Shown here one piece after another: positions 54,901 through 64,000 of a stretch of DNA of 64,000 nt. Below the pieces are notes generated by a model, which was not told where the DNA came from, made no database searches, and saw nothing but the letters and a program-made list of their open reading frames with translations. Position numbers and translations under genes: made by a program. Origin of the DNA: Eledone cirrhosa (taxonomy: Eukaryota). Positions within the stretch are counted from its first letter, which is position 1; each line of letters opens with the position of its first letter. The stretch spans positions 179,738,001-179,802,000 of the forward strand of contig OZ024741.1 of NCBI GenBank assembly GCA_964016885.1. Direction: 5' to 3'.

Positions 54901-54953
54901 ACACAGAGACACACACACACACAGACACACACACAGACACACACACACACACA

Positions 54954-55049
<96 letters not shown>

Positions 55050-55067
55050 ACACACACATAAGAAATT

Positions 55068-55688
55068 GTTTTATCGCTCTACATGGCTGAATACAAGAAA
55101 TGTATATCTGAGATTTTCGAATATTAATAATAATATTCGATTCGTTTGCAATTATGCAAGCCGCCTCTTTAAGCCTATCTACTGATATGCAAATCTGAGC
55201 AATGGGTCTGCTTATATGCAGATCTGACTGATCAGTCAGTCTGCTAATATGCAAATCAGGCCGATCAGTCACTGTATTTTCCCCCAAATATCATATATTT
55301 TCACTAGCTCTGACAGTTGGCAGGTAAACAGTATACGGTACTGATGAAGGGTAATCGTACAGAAACATTAGTGTCTGCAGTTCTGTTTATATGCCTACAC
55401 GAGAGCAAGAATGACGTGGTCATACTACTCACAAGACTTAAAGAGGCCGTTTGCATAATTGCAAACATATCAAATATCATTATGGTGGATTGGCAGTATC
55501 GGTAGAGGGTCGGACGCTATGCTTTGACGCATAGAGTTACGGCCCTTGCCATTCTGAGTTCGAATCCTGCCGAGGTTAACTTTGCCTTTCATCCTTACGG
55601 GGTCGATAAAATAAAGTACCAGTAATGCACTGGGTAATTGCTGGCCTTGTGCCTAAAGTAGAAACAATTATTAATATTCGAAAAACTC

Positions 55689-55692
<4 letters not shown>
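55068..55692 (+). mobile_element. Family H1 element (inverted segment, octamer repeats, hammerhead at 55333-55383)
   Basis: CTGATGA-agggtaatcgtaca-GAAA-cattagtg-TC-tgcag; homologous to 8389-9155. Confidence 0.75.
55484..55670 (+). mobile_element. SINE family A nested in the H1 element
   Basis: Consensus match; attat at junctions. Confidence 0.9.
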
Positions 55693-55759
<67 letters not shown>

Positions 55760-55914
55760 AATACATATATGTACATATGTATACATACTTACAAATGCAT
55801 ATATAAATATAGAAATACATATATGTACATATGTATACATACTTACAAGCGTATATACATGTATGCATATATGCGTATATACGAATCCTCTTCGGATTTT
55901 AGTCTTCACATATA

Positions 55915-56018
<104 letters not shown>

Positions 56019-56058
56019 AGAGTATTGAAGTTTGCTTGAAGCATTGTGGAATAATAAG

Positions 56059-56440
56059 TAAATATCTTTAAGTCGTTTGGAAGCCTCGACAATGCAAATG
56101 TGTAAATCTCCGGGTAAAACAACAAACAGCGGAGGACGCGTTTCGCACCTGTCCGACAGACAACCTTTCCCCCACCCCGGAAAAAAACCCCAGTTGATGG
56201 ATGTGAATCCGAAATATATAGGGACTATTAAATCTCTCCCAAGGTAACTCTCTCTTGTGTTGTTATTTTAATTTTATCCTTTATACTCTTCCCTTCATTC
56301 TTCTACACATCTTACACATCTTATACACACCACGCATCTCAACATACACCCACTTACATCTCTCTCTCCACCACCGGATCTTGTTACCCGGAGATTTACC
56401 CATTCGCATTGTCGAGGCTTCCAAACGACTTAAAGATATT

Positions 56441-56442
<2 letters not shown>
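56059..56442. repeat. (TA)n-flanked element with ~60-bp inverted arms and a decayed hammerhead at 56188-56223
   Basis: taaatatctttaagtcgtttggaagcctcgacaatg and its reverse complement; ccc-CAGTTGA-tggatgtgaatcc-GAAA-tata-TA-ggg. Confidence 0.6.
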
Positions 56443-56480
<38 letters not shown>

Positions 56481-56570
56481 TTAAACAAGGTTCAATGAAT
56501 ACACCAATGAATGAGTTTTACAATAGATTGGAAGCAGCACTCAACAGAAAAATGTTTTCCAGAGTTATTA

Positions 56571-57406
56571 ATATTAATTCAAAATATTAACAAAATAGAT
56601 ATTCTTGTGATCAATTATATTTTATTATACATATTTCAGAGGTACTGAGTTAAGTTTAACAGTACGTCCTGATCAGATAAAATAGGATGATGCATGACAT
56701 ACCCTGACACAGTAGATGGTTAAGATTCAGTCATGGTAGTGATTAACATATGACAAAACTCAATATTTATACCCTAATATTGAGAACATGAGTAATATAA
56801 TACAAACAATAGAGAGGGTACGTGTAATACCGCTTAAAAAATACATGGCATCAATATCACAGTTAAAATTTTTTTTTTTAAAACTACTGAAGAAAGAGGA
56901 GGGAAAGGAAAGCATAGAGGAAGAAACAGCTGATGTGATAATATATTTAATAGGTGGCTCGAAAAAACAAAAGAAAGATGATTAAAGAGAGAAAGAGACA
57001 AAGGGGAGTAATTTACAATTTATATACAATTTTTCATATACCCAAATTAATATAGTTGGCCGTTAATATTCAAAATATTTAATCTAAGTTATTTCAGAGT
57101 AATGAATAATATTTTAGGTTTTAAAAGTTAATAGGTATTTGTATTAATATTATAATTATTCTTAATTTTTAAAATTCAAATATGAAAACATTCTCAATAT
57201 TAGGGTATACATTTTGAGTTTTGTCATATGTTAATCACTACCATGACTGAATCTTAACCATCTACTGTGTCAGGGTATGTCATGCATCATCCTATTTTAT
57301 CTGATCAGGACGTACTGTTAAACTTAACTCAGTACCTCTGAAATATGTATAATAAAATATAATTGATCACAAGAATATCTATTTTGTTAATATTTTGAAT
57401 TAATAT
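56571..57406. repeat. 216-bp inverted repeat (404-bp spacer), each arm with an H2-related hammerhead (CTGATCA core)
   Basis: 56571-56786 vs 57191-57406; tattttat-CTGATCA-..gtactg/cagtac..-GAAA-tatgta-TA-ataaaata at 57293-57359 and 56618-56684(-). Confidence 0.88.
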
Positions 57407-57497
57407 ATATATATATATATATCCAGGAATCTCCAACCGTTAAGGTTGCATTTTTTCAGGGTATGTCAATATTTGTTTATAAAACTGATCTATATTA

Positions 57498-57562
57498 TAT
57501 TTTATCTGATGAAAGCCCACCATAATTTGCTTTGGTGTCCTTGAACTATGTATAATGAAATA
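57498..57562 (+). ncRNA. Diverged H2 hammerhead
   Basis: tattttat-CTGATGA-..cacca/tggtg..-GAAC-tatgta-TA-atgaaata. Confidence 0.6.
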
Positions 57563-58232
57563 AATATGGTTTTATAAATATAGTTTCCATTTGTTAATAT
57601 ATTGTATATATATATATATGCATTATCTCTACTCTTATCCTTCCTACACCTCACTCCTAATCCTTCATTCTATATTACTATCGCGGTCATTACACTTTAA
57701 TAATCAACATCCTCAATATCCCTATCTCCTTCCATTTCATCACCATCACCAAATCCTCCGCCACCAACATTTTCTTGTTGTTGTCATTATTGTTGTTATA
57801 TCAATAAAGAAATCATTACACACTATATCGTCATGTATCGTTCTGTATCGTCTTTAATGATTTCTTTATGTTAACCCTTTATGGTTAATAAAGAAACAAT
57901 TATTAAAAAACAAACCAAAAAAACCCCCAAAACAAACCAAGATGGCTGTGAATTCTTATTTTATTGATTCTGGGAGAAGAAAGGTAAATTCCAACATTCG
58001 ATCATTCTGGATCGATGAAATAAAACCCAGATATGTATTGGTTAACAGTAGCAATATTGTCTATAGCTGTTGGGGCTTTTGTATTTATCCGGGATCACTG
58101 CGTCCTGAGTTCAAATATTGCTGAGGTTTATCTTGTCTTTAACCCTTTTCTAATTCGATAAAGTACCAGCCCAGTACTAGACACCCCCTCTCTCTCTCTT
58201 TCTTTCCTTCTCTGTGTCTCTCTCTCCAGTAG

Positions 58233-58630
58233 AATAATTGTTTCTACTTTTGGCACAAGGCCAGCAATTATCCCAGTGCATTACTGGTACTTTATTTTAT
58301 CGACCCCGTAAGGATGAAAGGCAAAGTCAACCTCGGCGGGATTTGAACTCAGTCCGTAAAGGGACGTAACTGTGCTACAAAGCATGGCGTCCGACCCACT
58401 ACCGATACTGCCTATCCACCTTTCTACTAAAGGCACAAGGCCAACAATTTTGGAGGAGGGGAAAGTCGATTAAATCGACCCCAGTGCATTACTGGCGCTT
58501 TATTTTATCGACCCTGTAACGGTGAAAGGCAAAACTGTCCTCGGCGGGATGTAAACTCAAAACATAAAGGGCCATAACCAAATACCGCAAAGTGTTTTGT
58601 CCGATGTGCTAACGATTCTGTCCAGCCGCC
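58233..58630 (-). mobile_element. Two adjacent SINE family A copies (short and long variants)
   Basis: 58233-58420 and 58421-58630. Confidence 0.88.
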
Positions 58631-58987
58631 ATCCTCTTAATAAGAAAACAACAACAACAAGACAAGACAAGACAAGAACAAATAAAATAAAATAAATAAT
58701 AAATGGCGAAAAATATAAAAACGGAGGAATTTAAAAGGATGTATGATAAACTACATACTAGGGTCGCCTGACACAAGGAAGAAGAAGAAGGAGAAGAAGA
58801 AGAAGGAGAAGAAGAAGAAGAAATCGGCTGTGTTCAGATGGGCTCCGTCAGTTTTAACATGCCCAAGGCGTTCTAAAACGGCAGCCCTTTTCTCCATCAG
58901 GAATTAAGGGTCCCTCATAAATTTCGTACCTACACGTTTGAGGCCTTTAGATAATTAATGGGGTGGGGTTGGGGGGTGGGGACTAAT

Positions 58988-60090
58988 TCATCACCGTCAT
59001 TGTCGTGGTCCCCATCATCATCATCATCATTATCATCATCATCACCATCATCACCATCATCATCACCATCATCATAATCATTATCACCACCATTCCCTGT
59101 ACCACCACCACCACCATCACAAAAAATATCACCACCGCCGCACCCTCTATCACCATCACGAAGACGACCACCCCTGCCATCATTGCCGCCGCCGCCTCCG
59201 CCCCCACTGTCACCATCACAACGAGACCACCAACACCACCACCACCACCAACACCACCACCAACTATCCCCCACCGCCGCCTCCGCCGCCGCCGCGACGG
59301 TATCCACTATCACCATCACCACGACGGACGAAGACAACGACGACGACGACGACCACCACCACCACCATCACCACCATCACCACCATCACCACCATCACCA
59401 CCACCACCACCATCACCACCATCACCACCATCACCACCATCACCACCATCACCACGAACCCACTATCACAACGACGACCACCACCACCACCACCACCACC
59501 ACCATCACCACCATCACCACCATCACCACCATCACCACCATCACCACCAACACCACCACCACCACCACCACCACCATCACCACCATCACCACCATCACCA
59601 CCATCACCACCATCACCACCAACACCACCATCACCACGAACCCACTATCACAACGACCACCACCACCACCACCACCACCATCACCACCATCACCACCATC
59701 ACCACCAGCACCACCATCACCACCATCACCACCAACACCACCATCACCACGAACCCACTATCACAACGACCACCACCACCACCATCACCACCATCACCAC
59801 CACCATCACCACCATCACCACGAACACCACCAACACCACCACCATCACCACCACCACCACCATCACCACCATCACCACCATCACCACCATCACCACGAAA
59901 CCACTATCACCACCACCACCACCATCACCACCAGCACCAGTACCACCACCACCACCACCATCACCACCACCACCATCACCACCATCACCACCATCACCAC
60001 CATCACCACCATCACCACCAGCACCACCATCACCACCATCACCACGAACCCACTATCACCACCACCACCACCATCACCACCACCACCACC
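58988..60090. repeat. (CAC/CAT)n compound array with recurrent accacgaacccactatcac unit
   Basis: Direct reading. Confidence 0.9.
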
Positions 60091-60259
60091 AGCGCCAGCA
60101 GCACAAGCACTACCACCCACACAGAACTACTATGGTCCCTATTTAAAAGCTATGAGAAAGAGAGAGAGAAGAAGGAAGTTTGGGGACTGCTAGTTACTGC
60201 GACAGGTATAGGGCTCCTTTGAAGTTACCTAGCTACCTCATGGTGGTTGATGAGGTAGG

Positions 60260-60276
60260 ATGGTGTTAATGGTGGC

Positions 60277-60307
<31 letters not shown>

Positions 60308-60985
60308 GGTATTGGTGGTGGCGGCGGTGGTGGTGGTGGTGGCGGCGGTAGTGGTGGTGGTGGTGGTGGTGGTGGTGGTGGTGGTGTTAATGGTGGCGGC
60401 GGTGGTGGTGGTTGTGGTGGTATTGGTGGTGGTGGTGGTGGTGGTGGTGGTGGTGCTGTTAATGGTGGCTGTTGTTAGTGGCGGTGGTGGTGGTGGTGGC
60501 GGCGGCGGTGGTGGTGGTGGTGGTGGTGGTGGTGGTGTTAATGGTGGCTGTTGTTAGTGGTGGTGGCGGCGGTGGGGATAGTGGTGGTGGTGGTGGTGGT
60601 GGTGGTGGTGGTGGTGGTGGTGGTGGTGGTGGTGTTAATGGTGGCTGTTGTTAGTGGTGGTGGCGGCGGTGGGGATAGTGGTGGTGGTGGTGGTGGTGGT
60701 GGAGGTGGTTGTGGTGGTGTTGGTGGTGGTGGTGGTGATGGTGGTGGTGGTGGTAGTGGTGGTGGTGGTGGTAGTGGTGGTGGTGGTGGTGGTTGTGGTG
60801 GTATTGGTGGTGGTGGTGGTGGTGGTGGTATTGGTGGTGCTGTTGTTAGTGGTGGCGGCGGTGGTGGTGGTGGTGGCGGTGGTGGCGGTGGTGGTGGTGG
60901 TGGTGGCGGCGGTGGTGGTGGTGGTGGCGGTGGAGGTGGTGGTGGTGGTGGTGGTGGCGGTGGCGGTGGTGGTGGTGGTGGTAGC
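60260..60985. repeat. (GGT)n compound array
   Basis: Direct reading. Confidence 0.9.
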
Positions 60986-61342
60986 GATGGCAAGAATGAT
61001 GTTGAACGTGGTTGGATAGGCGGTAGCATAGATGGTGGTGCTGGTTTGGTAGTAGAGGTAGTGCTGGTAGTAGCGATCATGGGTGTTGGTGTTGGTCATG
61101 GTTGGATGAGTGGTAGAATTGATGATGATTGGTAGAGTGTTGTTGCTGTTGTTGGTGTGGTATAGTTTGGTGGTAGTGGCGTTCGTGGGAATGGTGTTGG
61201 CCGCCGTGGTGCTGCTGGTAGTGGTGATGGTTTGGTGGTGGTAGCGTTGATGGGGGGGGGGCGACTGTGGTAATGGTGCTGTTGTTGGTGGTGGTTAACG
61301 TGGTTGGGGAGGCGGTAGCATAGAGGATGACTGTTGTGGTTG

Positions 61343-62015
61343 AGTGGTAGCGCTGGTTTGGTTGTGGTTTGGTAGTGGTAGCGCTGGTTTGGTTGTGGTT
61401 TGGTAGTGGTGGCGCTGGTTTGGTTGTGGTTTGGTAGTGGTAGCGCTGGTTTGGTTGTGGTTTGGTAGTGGTTGTGCTGGTTTGGTTGTGGTTTGGTAGT
61501 GGTAGCGCTGGTTTGGTTGTAGTTTGGTAGTGGTAGCGCTGGTTTGGTTGTGGTTTGGTAGTGGTTGCGCTGGTTTGGTTGTGGTAGCGCTGGTTTGGTT
61601 GTGGTTTGGAAGTGGTAGCGCTGGTTTGGTTGTGGTTTGGTAGTGGTAGCGCTGGTTTGGTTGTGGTTTGGTAATAGTAGCGCTGGTTTGGTTGTGGTTT
61701 GGTAGTGGTAGCGCTGGTTTGGTTGTGGTTTGGTAGTGGTAGCGCTGGTTTGGTTGTGGTTTGGTAGTGGTAGCGCTGGTTTGGTTGTGGTTTGGTAGTA
61801 GTAGCGCTGGTTTGGTTGTGGTTTGGTAGTGGTAGCGCTGGTTTGGTTGTGTTTTGGTAGTGGTAGCGCTGGGTTGGTTGTGGTTTGGTAGTGGTAGCAC
61901 TGGTTTGGTTGTGGTTTGTAGTGGTAGCGCTGGTTTGGTTGTGGTTTGGTAGTGGTAGCGCTGGTTTGGTTGTGGTTTGGTAGTGGTAGCGCTGGGTTGG
62001 TTGTGGTTTGGTAGT
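61343..62015. repeat. 31-bp minisatellite (gtagcgctggtttggttgtggtttggtagtg), ~22 copies
   Basis: Head-to-tail units, no spacers. Confidence 0.93.
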
Positions 62016-62357
62016 GATAGTGTTGTTGGTGGAGGTAGTGGTGTTGGTGGGGGTAACGGTGTTGGTGGTTGTAGTTTGGGGATGGTATCGATAGTGGTAG
62101 AGGTGTTGGTATTGGTAGCGGAGTTAATATTCGTAGTGGTGGTAGTCATAGTGTTGTAGCTAGTGGTAGTAGTGGTAGTTTGATGGTGGCAATGGTGTAG
62201 GTGGGGATTGTGGAGGTAGTTTGCTGGTGGTGGAGTCGATGGTGTTGGTGGTGGTGGTGGAGTTGGTGGTAGTGGTGTTGCTGGTGGTATAGGTAGTAGT
62301 GGCAGTTGTAACAATGGTGTGATGTGGTATGGTGATGACGGTAGTATAATGATGTTA

Positions 62358-62526
62358 CAGTGAAATTCCGTTATAACGAAATTCAGGGGGTATAAAACAT
62401 TTCTTTATAAAGAGATCGACCGAAACAAATCAAGCGTTTGTTTTTTATTGCCCCGGGGATTGAAACAAATTTCGTTATACTGAAAAATTCGTTATAATGG
62501 TATTCCTTATAACGGAATTTTACCTG
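62358..62526. mobile_element. pogo/Tigger-type MITE
   Basis: TIRs cagtgaaattccgttataa/ttataacggaattttacctg, TA flanks, internal cgttata repeats. Confidence 0.75.
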
Positions 62527-62726
62527 TAGTAGGAATGTGACTATAAAGACTATGATGATTATGACGAAGGTGTGTTGATGAGACTAGGCTAGTTGCTGAT
62601 CTTGTTTTGCTCCAGCTCGGGCTTGATCGAGTAAACGATTTTCTTACGTGTATGGAACCCAGGACCATAGGAACTGGCCTGACCGAATTCTAAGACTGCA
62701 GCGGGACTGATCTGAGTGATATTGCT

Positions 62727-63940
62727 GTGGTGATAGTGGTGGTGATGGTGGTGGCGGTGGTGATGGTGGTGGTGGGAGGGGTGACAGTAGTGGTGGTGTT
62801 GGTGGTGATGGTGGTGGTGGTAGTGATAGTAGTGGTGGTGGTGGTGGTTGTGGTGGTGGTGGTAGTGGTGGTGATAGTGGTGGTGATGGTGGTGGCGGTG
62901 GTGATGGTGGTGGTTGAGAGGGGTGATAGTAGTGGTGGTGTTGGTGGTGATGGTGGTGGTGGTAGTGATAGTAGTGGTGGTGGTGGTGGTTGTGGTGGTG
63001 GTGGTAGTGGTGGTGATAGTGGTGGTGATGGTGGTGGCGGTGGTGATGGTGGTGGTTGAGAGGGGTGATAGTAGTGGTGGTGTTGGTGGTGATGGCGGTG
63101 GTGGTGGTGATAGTAGTGGTGGTGGTGGTGGTTGTGGTGGTGGTGGTAGTGGTGGTGATAGTGGTGGTGATGGTGGTGGTGGTGGGAGGGGTGATAGTAG
63201 TGGTGGTGGTGGTGGTGGTTGTGGTGGTGGTGGTAGTGGTGGTGATAGTGGTGGTGATGGTGGTGGTGGGAGGGGTGATAGTAGTGGTGGTGTTGGTGGT
63301 GATGGTGGTGGTGATAGTAGTGGTGGTGGTGATGGTTGTGGTGGTGGTGGTAGTGGTGGTGATAGTGGTGGTGATGGTGGTGGCGGTGGTGATGGTGGTG
63401 GTTGAGAGGGGTGATAGTAGTGGTGGTGTTGGTGGTAATGGCGGTGGTGGTGGTGATAGTAGTGGTGGTGGTGGTGGTTGTGGTGGTGGTGGTAGTGGTG
63501 GTGATAGTGGTGGTGATGGTGGTGGTGGGAGGGGTGATAGTAGTGGTGGTGTTGGTGGTGATGGTGGTGGTGATAGTAGTGGTGGTGGTGATGGTTGTGG
63601 TGGTGGTGGTAGTGGTGGTGATAGTGGTGGTGATGGTGGTGGTGGTGGGAGGGGTGATAGTAGTGGTGGTGTTGGTGGTGATGGTGGTGGTGGTAGTGAT
63701 AGTAGTGGTGGTGGTGGTGGTGGTGGTGGTTGTGGTGGTGGTGGTAGTGGTGGTGATAGTGGTGGTGATGGTGGTGGTGGGAGGGGTGATAGTAGTGGTG
63801 GTGTTGGTGGTGATGGTGGTGGTGATAGTAGTGGTGGTGGTGATGGTTGTGGTGGTGGTGGTAGTGGTGGTGATAGTGGTGGTGATGGTGGTGGTGGTGG
63901 CGATGATGGAGGAGGTGGTGATGATAATGGTGGTGGTGTG
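62727..63940. repeat. GGT-derived minisatellite with higher-order units
   Basis: Recurrent gaggggtgatagtagtggtggtgttggtggtgatgg. Confidence 0.9.
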
Positions 63941-64000
63941 GTAGTGTGGAGTTGAGGTGGTGTGGTGTGTTGGTGTGGTGTGATAGTGTGATGTAGTGGT

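Noticed and set aside
61343-62015. 31-bp repeat array resembling CRISPR repeat length
   Set aside because: Head-to-tail units with no unique spacers, no cas genes, eukaryotic context
60260-64000. G-rich terminal arrays as a possible telomere or subtelomere
   Set aside because: No TTAGGG or other fixed telomeric unit; ordinary GGT-derived arrays

Overview
AT-rich eukaryotic non-genic DNA, most likely a coleoid cephalopod (octopus-like). This is inferred from the extreme (TA)n/(CA)n/(TATG)n microsatellite load and the tRNA-head SINE families, and was not checked against any database. I find no supportable host protein-coding exon: nearly all ORFs in the track are microsatellite translations. 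The rest of the window is mobile DNA: two tRNA-derived SINE families (some with clear TSDs), decayed RTE-clade LINEs, CRE-like and R4-like REL-endonuclease fragments, a Penelope-like GIY-YIG pseudogene, three non-autonomous Helitrons, and hAT and Tc1/mariner/pogo MITEs. The main signal is about 25 minimal type I hammerhead ribozyme motifs (CTGAnGA...GAAA...TH with closing stems) from 10 or more unrelated small element families. These elements sit in (TA)n tracts as partial tandems and/or inverted duplications, consistent with non-autonomous Penelope-like elements or retrozymes. One hammerhead-bearing LTR-like module lies downstream of a decayed non-RT ORF. Coordinates were read by eye and may be off by a few bases.
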